In this document: positions 29,945 through 41,005 of the stretch, piece by piece
How the letters are laid out: each line of letters opens with the position of its first letter
Position numbering within the stretch: position 1 is the first letter of the stretch
Assembly (NCBI GenBank): GCA_963753685.1
Contig: CAVWDE010000010.1
Coordinates: forward strand, 135,448 to 199,447
DNA: 64,000 bases
Source of the DNA: an uncultured Alphaproteobacteria bacterium
Lineage (GTDB): Bacteria > Pseudomonadota > Alphaproteobacteria > Geminicoccales > Geminicoccaceae
Direction: 5' to 3'
The notes under the pieces: generated by a model
What the model saw: the letters and a program-made list of their open reading frames with translations, nothing else
Told to the model about the DNA's origin: nothing
Database searches by the model: none
Translations under genes and position numbers: made by a program

Positions 29945-30637
29945 ATGCCTCAGGCCGCGCCCGTCGACAAGCGCAAGCTCCTCGAGCACCATCCGCTGTT
30001 CGGCCGCCTCGAGGCCGACGAGCTGGACCGCGTGGTGACCTACATGCGGGTGGCCCGCTACCCCCGGCGCACGGTGCTGTTCCGCAAGGGCGATCCGGGC
30101 GCCAACATGATGGTCGTGCTGCGCGGCCGGGTGAAGGTCTGCACCCATTCCGAGGACGGCAAGGAGCTGGTGCTGAACCTGTTCAGCCCCACCGAGGTGT
30201 TCGGCGAGATCGCGCTGCTGGATGGCGCCGACCGGACCGCCGACGCGGTCACCCTGGACGACTGCGAGCTCCTGGTGCTGGAGCGGCGCGACTTCATCCC
30301 GTTCCTGCGCCATCATCCGGACGCCTGCCTGCGGCTCATGGAAGTGCTCTGCCAGAAGCTCCGCCAGACCAGCCAGCTGCTGGAAGAGGCCCTGTTCCTG
30401 GAAGGGCCGTCGCGCTTGGCCAAGCGGCTGGTCCATCTGGCCGAGGCGTTCGGCAAGCCGGTCGCCGGCGGCATCCGGATCGATCTGCAGCTGTCGCAGC
30501 AGCAGCTCGGCAACATGGTCGGCATGTCGCGCGAGAGCATGAACAAGCATCTGCGCCAGTGGCGCGAGGAAGGCCTGATCCGAATTCAGGACGGCTACTA
30601 CGTGGTCACCGACCTCGAGGCGCTGCGGGAGATGTGA
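29945..30637 (+). CDS. Crp/Fnr-family transcriptional regulator
   Basis: ATG at 29945 lies 8 nt after GGGGGA; an alternative GTG is at 29918. cNMP-binding domain ...LFRKGDPGANMMVVLRGRVKV...FGEIALLDG..., C-terminal HTH ...QQQLGNMVGMSRESMNKHLRQW.... Confidence 0.9.
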   Translation: MPQAAPVDKRKLLEHHPLFGRLEADELDRVVTYMRVARYPRRTVLFRKGDPGANMMVVLRGRVKVCTHSEDGKELVLNLFSPTEVFGEIALLDGADRTADAVTLDDCELLVLERRDFIPFLRHHPDACLRLMEVLCQKLRQTSQLLEEALFLEGPSRLAKRLVHLAEAFGKPVAGGIRIDLQLSQQQLGNMVGMSRESMNKHLRQWREEGLIRIQDGYYVVTDLEALREM

Positions 30638-30752
30638 CGGCGGGCCGGAACCGGCTGGCCGGCGGCGCGCGAGCGCGCTATATTGCCGATCGGAACGAAC
30701 CAGCAACCCGCGGCGAGCGAGCCTGTCATTGCCGCGCAGATCGTAGGGCGAG

Positions 30753-33700
30753 ATGATCCGACGCGTCGGCCTTGCGCTGGGTGTCGCGGTCGGCCTTGTC
30801 CTGGTCCTGATCGGCGCCGCCTTCGCCTTCGTGCAGACCGGTCCCGGTCAGCGCCTGATCGAGGCAGCGCTGGAGCGTGTTCTCGCGAGCCCCGGGACCC
30901 GCGTCGAGGTCGCAGGCCTGGCTGGCCTCGTGCCGTTCGACCTGCACGTGGCAGAGCTCCGGTTTGCAGATCCCCAGGGCGTCTGGCTCGAGGCCGAGGG
31001 ACTGCGGCTGATCTGGTCGCCCGCGGCTCTGCTGCATGGCCGGGTCGAGGTGGCAGCACTCGGCGCCGACCGGATCAAGCTGCTGCGCCGGCCGCCGACC
31101 TCGCCGGCCGCCGATGACGAGCCCTTCCGGCTGCCGGAGCTGCCGACCTGGCTGCCGCCGATCGCGTTTGAGCGGCTCTCCGTCCCGCAGATCGAGCTCG
31201 GACCGGAGGTCCTCGGCGAGCCGGCCACGTTCAGCCTCGCCGGCCGCCTTGCCGGCAGCGACGATGGCCGCGCCGTCCGGCTCGCGCTCGATGCCAGGCG
31301 CGTCGATCAACCGACCGCCCGGGCCAAGCTCGATGCCCGTCTCGACCTCGAGCCGGCCGCCCTCGAGCTGACGCTCGACGCCGCCGAGACCGGCGGCCTG
31401 CTGGCCCGGCTGACCGACCGGCCGGAGGCTGGCGACTTCACCCTGCATCTGAGCGGTTCCGGCCCCCTCGACGCCTGGACCGGCGATCTGAAGCTCGACG
31501 CCGCGCGGCTGGCGAGCGCCGACGCGAAGCTCGCCGTCGCCCTGGTCGACCAGCCGCGGCTGCACCTGGACGCCAACCTGCGGCCAGCCCCGGGCGTGCT
31601 GCCCGATGAGCTCTCCAGCGTCCTGGGCGAGCGCCTCGGTCTGGCGCTGAGCGTCACGCAGACGGCGGCCCAGCGGCTGAGCGTGCAGGATCTGCGGGCG
31701 GAGACGGCGAGCGGCGACCTCGCCGGCCGGGCCGACCTCGATTTCGAGCGTGACCAGTTCACGGCGACCGCCGATCTGCACCTGCCCAAGCTCGCGCCGC
31801 TCGGCGCGCTGCTCGGGACCCCGCTTGCCGGCGCGCTGAGCGCGCATCTGGTCGCCGATGGCGCGCTGCTGCAGCCCAAGGGCCGCCTGGCGCTCGCGAT
31901 CGACGCGCCGGGCATCGACCAGATCGCAGCCGAGCGCCTCGAGACCACGCTCGACTTTACGATGCCCGAACCGGCCGCTGTGCGGGTCTCGGGGACGGGC
32001 CGCGTGACGCGCCTGCGGCCGCCTCCGGAGGTGCCGTTGCCGGCCCAGGACGTCACCTGGCGCCTGGCGCTCGCGGGCTCGGCGGACGGCCCGCTGATGC
32101 TCAGCGAGCTGGCGCTGAACGCCAGGGACCTCGCGCTGCACGCGTCGGGCACGCTCGATCCGGGCACGCTTGCCGGGCGCGCCACGCTCGGGCTCGATGC
32201 GCCGGCGCTCGGGCCGCTCACCGCCCCCTTCGGCCAACGCCTCGATGGCCGGGCGCGCCTGGCGGCCGACCTCACCATCGGCGCGGGGGCGCACCGGATC
32301 GAGGCCAATCTGACCGGGGATCTCCAGGATCTGGCCGGCCTGCCGCCCGGTGCCGCCGAGCTGCTCGGGCCCGCGCCGCGGCTGGTCGCGCGGGTGGCGC
32401 TCGAGCCCGATCGCCGCCTGACGCTCGACAGCCTGACCATCACGGGCGCCGCCGCGACGCTCGGCGGCAATGTCGCCCTGACCCTGCCGGAGCAGACGCT
32501 CGATGGCAGACTGACCCTCGGCCTCCCGAAGCTCGCCGTGCTGACGCCGGCGCTCGGCCAGGATCTCGCGGGCGGGGTCGAGATGGAAGCGGCGGTGGGC
32601 GGCAGCGTCGCGGCGCCGACGGCTCTGCTGAAGGCCCATGGCCGGAACCTGTTGATCGCCGGCCGGCCGATCGAGAGCCTGGCGCTCGAGACCAGGGCCA
32701 GGGATCTGCTGACCGCGCCTGCCGGCACGCTCGAGGTCGCGGCCAGGGCATCCGGGCTCGAGGCCAAGGTTGCGAGCGGCTATCGCCTGCAGGATCAGAG
32801 GCTCGAGCTCACCGATCTGCGCCTGACGGCGCCCCAGACCAGCATCGCCGGCAAGCTCGCGATCGATCTCGATCACCCCCTCGCGCAGGGCGAGCTCAAG
32901 GGCGACGTCGGCGATCTCGCGGTCTTTGCGCCGCTCCTGCCGGTGCGCCTGGCCGGGCAGCTGAAGCTCGCTACCCGGCTCGAGGCCGTCGACCAGCGCC
33001 AGAAGGTTGCGCTCAACCTCGACGCCAGCGGGGTCGGCAGCGATTTCGGCCAGCTTCGCCACCTCCGGCTCGACGCCACGGTCACCGACGCTCTGGGCAC
33101 GCCCGGCATCGACGCGAGCCTCCAGCTCGACGACTTCCGCCGGGATCAGGTCGTGCTCACGAGCGCCAGGGCGACCGCCAAAGGGCCGACGACCCAGCTC
33201 GCGGTGACCCTTGCGGCCGATGGCCAGATGCCGCAGCCATTCAAGCTCAATGGCCAAGCGGGTCTGAGCCTCGGCGAGCCGCTCCGGCTCCGGATCGCGC
33301 AGCTCGACGGGCAGCTGGCGGGCGCACCGCTCCATCTTGCGCAACCCGCCGAGCTCACGATCGGTGGCGAGGGTACCAGGCTCGCGGGGCTCGACCTCCA
33401 CCTGGGCAAAGCCCGGCTGGTCGCCTCGGCCGATCTGGGCGCGCGCACGGTCGTGGCGGATGCGCGCCTCGAGGCGTTGCCCCTGACCCTGCTCGCCAAG
33501 TTGGGCGGGCCGGCTTTGACCGGCCAGGTCGACGCAGGCCTCAGGCTCGATGGACCGGCCGACGACCCCCGCGGCACGCTCGATCTGAACGCGACCGGGC
33601 TCGGCTCCGGCGATCCGACCTTCGCCGGGCTGCCGCCGGCCACAGTCTCGGGCAAGGCGGAGCTCGCTGCGCAGCGCCTGCGCGTCGAGGTCAGCGTCCG

Positions 33701-35078
33701 CCGCATCAGCGAGCGACCGGTGACCCTCACCGCGGAGCTGCCGCTGGTCGTCCGGCTCAACCAGGCGGTGTTCGACCTGCCGGCGGATGGCCGCCTCGCC
33801 GGCCGCCTGGACGCCCAGCTGGAGCTCGCCCGGCTGGTCGCGCTCGCCGGCCTCGACGACCAGAGCCTGAAGGGAACCCTGAACGTCGGCCTGACCCTCA
33901 ACGGCACGGTCGGTGCGCCGGGCGTCGCCGGCACGATCGAGATGCAGGACGGCAGCTATGCCAATGGCACGACCGGCACGGTCCTGCGCGCGATCTCGCT
34001 GCGCGCGGAGGCGAGCGAGCGGCAGATCGTGATCAAGGAATTCAAGGCCACCGATGGCGGCAAGGGCTCGCTCAGCGGCGACGGCACGCTCGCGGTCGAC
34101 CCGGCCGCCCATTTCCCGCTGACCCTTGGGCTGCAGATGAAGAATGCACGCCTGGTGCGGCGCGACGACGTGACCGCGACCGTCAGCGGCAAGCTCGCGC
34201 TCAGCGGCGATTTCAGCCAGCTGAAGCTGGGGGGCGGCGTCACCGTGGACCGCGCCGACCTCGGCATCCCGGACTCGACCGGGCCGGATGTCGCGGTGAT
34301 TCCGGTCAAGGAGGTCGGCGGCGCTCGCACGCCGGCAGCGCCGCCGCCTTCGAGCGGCACATCGCTACCCCTGACCATGGATCTGAAGATCGATCTGCCC
34401 GGCCAGGTGTTCGTGCGCGGCCGCGGCCTGGAGTCGGAGTGGCAGGGCAAGCTGCAGGTGACCGGCCCGCTCGACAAGCTGCGCCTGGTCGGCACGCTCG
34501 AGGTCAGGCGCGGCTACGTCCTCTTCCTCGACCAGCGCCTCGTGCTGACCAAGGGCATCATCACCTTCGGCGGCGCCGTCCCGCCCGACCCCACGGTCGA
34601 CATCGAGGCGACCGCGAAGAAAGGCGACCTGACGGCGATCGTCCGGATCCAGGGCCAGGCGCTCAAGCCCAACCTGACCCTGAGCAGCGAACCGGCGCTG
34701 CCCCAGGACGAGATCCTCTCGCGCCTGCTGTTCGATCGCGAAGCCAGCCAGATCACGCCGGTCCAGGCGGGCCAGCTGGCGTTCGCCCTGAACCGGCTGC
34801 GCGGCGGCGGCGGCTTCGACGTCATGGGCAAGATCCGCTCGCTCTTGCACGTCGATACCCTCGACGTCACCAACAGCGACAACGGTTCCAACGAGCAGAC
34901 GGTCCGCGCCGGCAAATACCTGAACCAGGACGTGTACGTCGAGGTCCAGAAGGGAGCCGCCGACCAGAGCGGCAAGGCCCGGGTCGAGGTCGAGATTGCG
35001 CCCAACGTCTCGGTCCAGGCCGAGACCGGGGAGAACGCGCAGGGCGGGGTCGGGATCCAATGGCGCTACGACTACTGA
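30753..35078 (+). CDS. tamB: Translocation and assembly module protein TamB (DUF490)
   Basis: 1441 aa. It has an N-terminal membrane anchor MIRRVGLALGVAVGLVLVLIGAAF and long repetitive beta-rich sequence. The C-terminal DUF490 region is ...LSSEPALPQDEILSRLLF...GKYLNQDVYVEV...GIQWRYDY. Confidence 0.9.
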   Translation: MIRRVGLALGVAVGLVLVLIGAAFAFVQTGPGQRLIEAALERVLASPGTRVEVAGLAGLVPFDLHVAELRFADPQGVWLEAEGLRLIWSPAALLHGRVEVAALGADRIKLLRRPPTSPAADDEPFRLPELPTWLPPIAFERLSVPQIELGPEVLGEPATFSLAGRLAGSDDGRAVRLALDARRVDQPTARAKLDARLDLEPAALELTLDAAETGGLLARLTDRPEAGDFTLHLSGSGPLDAWTGDLKLDAARLASADAKLAVALVDQPRLHLDANLRPAPGVLPDELSSVLGERLGLALSVTQTAAQRLSVQDLRAETASGDLAGRADLDFERDQFTATADLHLPKLAPLGALLGTPLAGALSAHLVADGALLQPKGRLALAIDAPGIDQIAAERLETTLDFTMPEPAAVRVSGTGRVTRLRPPPEVPLPAQDVTWRLALAGSADGPLMLSELALNARDLALHASGTLDPGTLAGRATLGLDAPALGPLTAPFGQRLDGRARLAADLTIGAGAHRIEANLTGDLQDLAGLPPGAAELLGPAPRLVARVALEPDRRLTLDSLTITGAAATLGGNVALTLPEQTLDGRLTLGLPKLAVLTPALGQDLAGGVEMEAAVGGSVAAPTALLKAHGRNLLIAGRPIESLALETRARDLLTAPAGTLEVAARASGLEAKVASGYRLQDQRLELTDLRLTAPQTSIAGKLAIDLDHPLAQGELKGDVGDLAVFAPLLPVRLAGQLKLATRLEAVDQRQKVALNLDASGVGSDFGQLRHLRLDATVTDALGTPGIDASLQLDDFRRDQVVLTSARATAKGPTTQLAVTLAADGQMPQPFKLNGQAGLSLGEPLRLRIAQLDGQLAGAPLHLAQPAELTIGGEGTRLAGLDLHLGKARLVASADLGARTVVADARLEALPLTLLAKLGGPALTGQVDAGLRLDGPADDPRGTLDLNATGLGSGDPTFAGLPPATVSGKAELAAQRLRVEVSVRRISERPVTLTAELPLVVRLNQAVFDLPADGRLAGRLDAQLELARLVALAGLDDQSLKGTLNVGLTLNGTVGAPGVAGTIEMQDGSYANGTTGTVLRAISLRAEASERQIVIKEFKATDGGKGSLSGDGTLAVDPAAHFPLTLGLQMKNARLVRRDDVTATVSGKLALSGDFSQLKLGGGVTVDRADLGIPDSTGPDVAVIPVKEVGGARTPAAPPPSSGTSLPLTMDLKIDLPGQVFVRGRGLESEWQGKLQVTGPLDKLRLVGTLEVRRGYVLFLDQRLVLTKGIITFGGAVPPDPTVDIEATAKKGDLTAIVRIQGQALKPNLTLSSEPALPQDEILSRLLFDREASQITPVQAGQLAFALNRLRGGGGFDVMGKIRSLLHVDTLDVTNSDNGSNEQTVRAGKYLNQDVYVEVQKGAADQSGKARVEVEIAPNVSVQAETGENAQGGVGIQWRYDY

Positions 35079-35896
35079 GCCGGGACCGGCGGCCGGGGCA
35101 GGCGGCCCTTTCCACCTTCGGCACGCCGTTCGACCTCAATCTGATCGGCCTGTGGACGCTCTACCTGAAGGAGGTGCGGCGCTTTCTCAAGGTGCCCGGA
35201 CAGACGCTGGCGGCGCCGGTGGTCACGACCTTGATGTTCCTCCTGATCTTCTCGCTGGCGCTCGGGCGCAGCGGCCGCACGGTCGGGACCGTGCCGTTCC
35301 TCGAGTTCCTGGCGCCCGGCCTGATCATGACCGCGATCATCCAGAACGCCTTTGCCAACACCTCGGCGACGATCATGATCGGCAAGATCCAGGGCAACAT
35401 CGTCGACATCCTGATGCCGCCCCTGCGGCCGGGCGAGCTGCTGTTCGGGCTGATCGCCGGCGGCGTCACCCGCGGCCTCCTGGTCGCGGTCGCGGTGACC
35501 CTCGCGATGGTGCCGTTCATCGCGCTCGCACCGGCGCATCCGCTCCTGATCCCCTACTACGCGCTCGCGGGCTCCCTGATGCTGGCGCTGCTCGGCCTCC
35601 TGGGCGGCATCTGGGCCGAGAAGTTCGACCAGATGGCGGCGGTCACCAACTTCCTGATCACGCCGCTCTCGTTCCTGTCCGGCACGTTCTATTCGGTGAC
35701 CCAGCTACCGCAGCCGTTCGCAGCCCTCGCCCACGTCAACCCGTTCTTCTATCTGATCGACGGCCTCCGCTTCGCCTTCACGGGTCACGCCGACGGCAGC
35801 GTCCCGGTCGGCATGGCGGTGGTCGCCCTGGTCGACCTCGCCCTGTGGCTGCTCGCCCAACGCCTGCTCGCCAGCGGCTGGCGGCTGAAAGCCTGA
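35060..35896 (+). CDS. ABC-2 type transporter permease (YadH/NodJ-like)
   Basis: ATG at 35060 overlaps the tamB stop by 19 nt. ...LWTLYLKEVRRFLKVPGQTLAAPVVTTLMFLLIF... and ...FLSGTFYSVTQLP...NPFFYLIDGLR... are present. Confidence 0.85.
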   Translation: MALRLLSRDRRPGQAALSTFGTPFDLNLIGLWTLYLKEVRRFLKVPGQTLAAPVVTTLMFLLIFSLALGRSGRTVGTVPFLEFLAPGLIMTAIIQNAFANTSATIMIGKIQGNIVDILMPPLRPGELLFGLIAGGVTRGLLVAVAVTLAMVPFIALAPAHPLLIPYYALAGSLMLALLGLLGGIWAEKFDQMAAVTNFLITPLSFLSGTFYSVTQLPQPFAALAHVNPFFYLIDGLRFAFTGHADGSVPVGMAVVALVDLALWLLAQRLLASGWRLKA

Positions 35897-35951
35897 GCGC
35901 GGCTACGACCGCGCCTGTTCCAAGCTTCGCGCCCGCCTGCTGCCTGCCGGA

Positions 35952-37647
35952 CTAGGCAGTCCAGGCGGTGTCCTCGTCGACCGGGGCTGGATCCGGCTCG
36001 ATCTCCCTGAGGCGGCTCGGCTGCAAGGCGCCCGTCCGCTCCAGCACCGGATAGGCGACCGAGCAGATGTGGGAGTGGACGCGCTTCAGATCGCGCAGCA
36101 CATCGAGATGCAGCGAGCTCGAACTCGATGCTCTCGGGACGTCCCTCACGCAGCCGCGCCAGATGGCTTTCGGCCGCGGCGAGCTCGGCCGCGCGCAGGC
36201 CGGCCTTCTCGGCGATCAGCTGGCGCGCGAGCTTGACGTCGCCGGACATGAAGACGCTGAACGCGAGCTTCAGGTTGCCGAGCACCTCCTGGTGGAAGGC
36301 TTCCAGCTCCGCGGCCCCCTGCCTCGAGAAGGGCAGCTTGCGCCTGATCTTCTTCTGCGCCAGCTCCATCAAGTTCTTGTCGATGATGTCGCCGATGTGC
36401 TCGAGGTTGATCGAGAACGAGATGATCTCCATCGCGCGGTGGCCGTCGCGCTCGCCGAGGCTCTCGCGCGTGAGCCGGGTGACATAGAACTTGACCGCCT
36501 CGTCGAGCCGGTCGACCGCATTGTCCATACGGCTGATCTCGGCGACCAGGCGGCGGTCGTCGGTGATCAGCGCCGTCATCGACCGGCGCAGCATGGTTTC
36601 GACGAGATCACCCATGTGGAGGACCTCGCGGGCGGCGCAGGCGAGCGCCACCGGCGGGGTGCCGAGGGCGGGCTCGTCGAGATAGAGCGGCGCCGAGGGA
36701 TCATCGGGTTGCGCGCGCTCGGGCAGCAGGCGCGTCAGCAGCGCGGCGAGGCCGCCCAGCGGCAGGATGAAGAGCAGCGCCAGGGCCAGGTTGAATGCGG
36801 TGTGGAAGTCCGCGGTCATGCGCGAGGGATCGGGCTCGAACTGGACCAGGGCATCGGCGATCGGGTGCAGGAACGGCAGGGCCAGGGCGCAGCCGATCAG
36901 GCGGTTGAGGAGATTGCCCAGCGGCAGCCGCCGGCTGGCCGGATTGCCGCTCTGGCCGCCCTCGATCACGGGATTGATCGCGCTGCCGAGGTTGGCGCCG
37001 AGGACCAGGGCGAGTGCTGCGACCGGTGTGATGAAGCTGGAGTAGGCGAGCGACATCACCAGCAGCACGACGGTCACGCTCGAATGGGCAGCCCAGGTCA
37101 GTGCGGCCGCGATCAGCACGCACAGGATGGGGTCGCGAGTGGCTGCGGCGAGCAGCGCCCGGACGGCTGGCGCATCCTCCGCCGGCGCCAGCGTGTCGAG
37201 CAGGATGTGCAGCGCCAGCAGCATCAGCCCGATGCCGATCGCGACCCGGCCGAGGTCGCGGGTGCGCGTCTGGCCGCCGCGCTTGAACGCGGTCACGCCG
37301 ACCATGAAGAGCAGCGGAGCGACCGCCGTGACATTGAACGAGAGGACCTGCACGATCAGCGTCGTGCCGACATTCGCCCCCAGCATGATCGCGAGCGCCG
37401 GAACCAGGGTGACGGAGCCGCCGGTGACGAAGGACGCGGTCATGAGCCCGGTGGCCGTGCTGCTTTGCAGGAGCGCGGTCACGAAGATGCCCGCGACCAG
37501 GGCGAGGAAGCGGTTGCGCAGCGCGGTGCCCAAGAAGCGCCGCAGGTCGGAGCCGAAGGCGCGCACGATGCCGCTGTGGACCATGTGCAGGCCCCACAGC
37601 AGCAGCGCCACGCCGCCCATCAGGTCGAGGAGGACCATACTTGCCAA
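35952..37647 (-). pseudogene. Na/Pi cotransporter family protein (NptA + PhoU-like domains), reading frame broken once
   Basis: The frame is intact from MASMVLLDLMGGVALLLWGLHMV... to ...HLARLREGRPESIE. The conserved C-terminus SSLHLDVLRDLKRVHSHICSVAYPVLE... continues in the neighbouring frame to 35952. The break is near 36118-36124. Confidence 0.8.
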
Positions 37648-37936
37648 CTCACTCTCCCACGCCCGGCTTGAAGCGCCGTGCGGGGTGGACTGCGATCGTC
37701 ATGGCATTGGTCTCGCCACTATCGACCTCTTGAAGTTAAGGCTCGATGCCGAACGCATCGATTCCGCGACCGGCCCTCGTCTCTCGACGCCTCAAGCCTC
37801 GCGCCCCAGTCGGCGCCGAACCCCCTAACATAGACTCCACCTTGAGCACAGCCGCCGGGCGGGCGTTGACAGGACGGCGGCTTGCCCCCAAGTTTGCCGG
37901 GTCTTTCCCGCCCCAGCCGAACATGTCGAGGCTGCG

Positions 37937-39136
37937 ATGTCGAACGCTCCCGTCCCTCCGGTCCTGCCGGTCTACAAGCGCGCTCCGGTCAGCTTCGAGC
38001 GCGGCGAGGGTGCTTATCTGTTCGATCGCGCGGGCCGACGCTATCTCGACTTCGGCAGCGGCATCGCGGTCACCTTGCTCGGCCACGCCCACCCGCATCT
38101 GGTGGCGACCCTCAAGGGCCAGGCCGAGAAGCTCTGGCACTGCTCCAACCTCTACGGCATCGAGCACCAGGAGCACCTGGCCGAGCGGCTGGTCGCGCAG
38201 TCGTTCGCCGACACCGTGTTCTTCGGCAATTCCGGCGCCGAGGCGCTCGAGTGCGCGATCAAGATGGCCAGGCGCTTCCACTATGCGCGCGGCCAGGGCG
38301 AGCGCTGCCGGATCATCACCTTCGAGGGCGCCTTCCACGGCCGCACGCTGGCGACCATCTCGGCCGGCGGCCAGGAGAAGCACCTCGAGGGCTTCCGCCC
38401 CGACATGCCGGGCTTCGACCACGTGCCACTCGGAGACCTGGCCCGGGTCGAGGCGGCGATCGGGCCCGAGACCGCGGCGATCCTGATCGAGCCGATCCAG
38501 GGCGAAGGCGGCATCCGCGATGCCGGGCCGGGTTTCCTCGCCGAGCTCCGCCGGCTCGCCGACGAGCACGATCTCCTCCTGATCTACGACGAGGTCCAGA
38601 CCGGCATGGGCCGCAGCGGCCGCCTGTTCGCCTATCAGTGGAGCGGCGTTACCCCCGACATCATGACCCTCGCCAAGGGCCTCGGCGGCGGCTTCCCGAT
38701 CGGCGCGTGCCTGGCGACCGCGCGCGCGGCCTCGGGCATGACCGCGGGCTCCCACGGCTCGACCTTCGGCGGCAACCCGCTCGCCTGCGCCTGCGGCAAC
38801 GCCGTGCTCGACGTCCTGCTCGAGGACGGCTTTCTCGCGCGCGTCGAGGAGCTGGCCAAGCGGCTGCGCCATCAGCTGGACCAGCTGGCCGCGGCTTGGC
38901 CGGGCCTGATCCTGGGCGTGCGCGGCCAGGGGCTGCTGCTCGGCCTGGTCTTTGCGCCCCCCAATACCGAGATCAGCGCCAAGCTCTTGGCGCGCGGGCT
39001 GTTGACCGTGCCGGCCGGCGACAATGTCGTGCGCCTGCTGCCGCCCCTGATCATCGGTCAGGCCGAGATCGACGAGGCGCTCGGGATCCTCGAGGAGCTG
39101 TGCCAGGAGCTGGCCGGGCAGGAGGCGGCGCAATGA
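37937..39136 (+). CDS. argD: Acetylornithine aminotransferase
   Basis: ...[17 protein letters not shown]..., ...[11 protein letters not shown]..., ...[14 protein letters not shown]..., ...[10 protein letters not shown]... are class III aminotransferase motifs. The gene is upstream of argF. Confidence 0.93.
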   Translation: MSNAPVPPVLPVYKRAPVSFERGEGAYLFDRAGRRYLDFGSGIAVTLLGHAHPHLVATLKGQAEKLWHCSNLYGIEHQEHLAERLVAQSFADTVFFGNSGAEALECAIKMARRFHYARGQGERCRIITFEGAFHGRTLATISAGGQEKHLEGFRPDMPGFDHVPLGDLARVEAAIGPETAAILIEPIQGEGGIRDAGPGFLAELRRLADEHDLLLIYDEVQTGMGRSGRLFAYQWSGVTPDIMTLAKGLGGGFPIGACLATARAASGMTAGSHGSTFGGNPLACACGNAVLDVLLEDGFLARVEELAKRLRHQLDQLAAAWPGLILGVRGQGLLLGLVFAPPNTEISAKLLARGLLTVPAGDNVVRLLPPLIIGQAEIDEALGILEELCQELAGQEAAQ

Positions 39137-40041
39137 CCGGACCGCGGCACTTTCTCGACCTCGACGAGCTGGACCCGGGCACGCTGCGCAGGATCCTCGA
39201 TCTCGCCGGCGAGCTGCGGGCCAACGGCACCGGGCGTGGCCGGCTGGCGGGCAAGGCCGTGGCGATGATCTTCGACAAGCCCTCGACCCGCACCCGGGTG
39301 TCGTTCGAGGTCGCAGTCAAGGCGCTGGGCGGCGACGCTGTGATCCTCAACACCAAGGAGATGCAGCTCGGCCGCGGCGAGACGATCGCCGACACGGCGC
39401 GCGTCCTGTCCCGCTACGTCGATGCGATCATGATCCGCACCGACCACCACGCCAAGCTTCTGGAGCTGGCCGAGGCCGCGACCGTGCCGGTGATCAACGG
39501 CCTGACCGACCGCTCGCATCCCTGTCAGATCATGGCCGACGTCATGACCTTCGAGGCCCACCGCGGCCCGATCCGGGACCACACGCTGGCCTGGACCGGC
39601 GACGGCAACAACGTCGCGACGTCCTGGATCCATGCCGCCCAGCGCTTCGATTTCAAGCTCCGGCTCGCCTGTCCGCCCGACCTCGCGCCCGATGCCCAGG
39701 TGCTCGCCTGGGCGGCCGAGCGTCAGGCCCGGGTGCAGCTGTTCGAGACCCCGCAGGAGGCGGTGACCGGCGCCGAGGCCGTGATGACCGACGTCTGGGT
39801 GTCGATGGGCGACGGCGAGCCCGAGCTCCGGCGCCGGCTGCTCGCCGCCTATCGGGTCGACGATCAGCTGATGGCCGCGGCCGAGCCGGACGCCTTGTTC
39901 ATGCATTGCCTGCCGGCGCACCGTGGCGAGGAGGTCAGCGCGGCCGTGATCGACGGGCCCCGCTCGGTGGTCTTCGAGCAGGCCGAGAACCGGCTGCACG
40001 CCCAGAAAGGCATCCTCGCCTGGTGCCTCGGGCCCAGTTGA
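39133..40041 (+). CDS. argF: Ornithine carbamoyltransferase
   Basis: ...[13 protein letters not shown]..., ...SHPCQ..., ...DVWVSMG..., ...[10 protein letters not shown].... The start overlaps the argD stop (ATGA). Confidence 0.95.
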   Translation: MTGPRHFLDLDELDPGTLRRILDLAGELRANGTGRGRLAGKAVAMIFDKPSTRTRVSFEVAVKALGGDAVILNTKEMQLGRGETIADTARVLSRYVDAIMIRTDHHAKLLELAEAATVPVINGLTDRSHPCQIMADVMTFEAHRGPIRDHTLAWTGDGNNVATSWIHAAQRFDFKLRLACPPDLAPDAQVLAWAAERQARVQLFETPQEAVTGAEAVMTDVWVSMGDGEPELRRRLLAAYRVDDQLMAAAEPDALFMHCLPAHRGEEVSAAVIDGPRSVVFEQAENRLHAQKGILAWCLGPS

Positions 40042-40067
40042 TCGCGGGCGCGCCAACTTTGGGCTCG

Positions 40068-40988
40068 ATGATCGCACGGCCGATCGGCGACAACCTGCTC
40101 CGCCCCTTCCAGCTCGAGCGCTCGGCGTTGCGCGGCCGGCTGGTCCGCCTGGGCGGCCTGGTCGATCGGGTCCTGACCAGCCACGACTACCCCGAGCCGG
40201 TGAGCCGCCTGCTCGGCGAGCTGCTGGTGCTGGCCGCGACCCTCGCCGGCGGGCTCAAGTTCCAGGGCACCTTCAGCCTCCAGGTGAAGAGTGCCGGCCC
40301 GGTCTCGCTGATGATCGCCGACTGCACCAACGGCGGGGCGATGCGGGGCTTCGCCAAGTTCGATGCCGCGGGCGTCAGCGCGGCCGCCGGCGCCAGTGTG
40401 CCCGACCTCCTGGGCGAAGGTCACCTCGCGCTGACCGTCGATCAGAGCGAGGCGGGCCAGACCTATCAGGGGATCGTGGCGCTGACCGGGCCGACGCTCA
40501 CCGAGTGCATGCAGACCTACTTCCGCCAGAGCGAGCAGGTGCGGACCGGTCTCGAGATCGCGGTCGACCGGGTCGCCGATCGCGACCAGTGGCGCTGGCG
40601 CGCGGGCGGCATCATGGTGCAGCGCCTGGCCGACCAGGTCGCGGAAGGCCGCGAGGAGCAGATGGAGGAGGACTGGCGGCGCACCATGCTCCTGCTCGGC
40701 ACCGCCACCGAGGCCGAGCTGGTCGACCCGCATCTCGCCCCCGATCATTTGCTGCTGCGCCTGTTCCATGAGGAGGGGGTGCGCGTGTTCCGGCCGCTCG
40801 ATCTGAGCTTCGGCTGCCGCTGCTCGCGCGCCCGGGTCGAGGCCATGCTGCGCCGCTTTCCGCCGGCCGAGCTCGACGACATGAAGGAGGCCGACGGCCA
40901 TCTCGTGGTGACCTGTGAGTTCTGCAGCGCGACCTACCGGTTCGACGAGACGGAGCTCGCCGGCCTGCATGCCCGGCTCCGACATTGA
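40068..40988 (+). CDS. hslO: Hsp33-family redox-regulated chaperone
   Basis: ...LRPFQLERSALRGRLVRL... and the C-terminal zinc centre ...FGCRCSRARV...VTCEFCSATYRF.... Confidence 0.93.
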   Translation: MIARPIGDNLLRPFQLERSALRGRLVRLGGLVDRVLTSHDYPEPVSRLLGELLVLAATLAGGLKFQGTFSLQVKSAGPVSLMIADCTNGGAMRGFAKFDAAGVSAAAGASVPDLLGEGHLALTVDQSEAGQTYQGIVALTGPTLTECMQTYFRQSEQVRTGLEIAVDRVADRDQWRWRAGGIMVQRLADQVAEGREEQMEEDWRRTMLLLGTATEAELVDPHLAPDHLLLRLFHEEGVRVFRPLDLSFGCRCSRARVEAMLRRFPPAELDDMKEADGHLVVTCEFCSATYRFDETELAGLHARLRH

Positions 40989-41005
40989 CCCTGAGGGCAA
41001 AGCCG

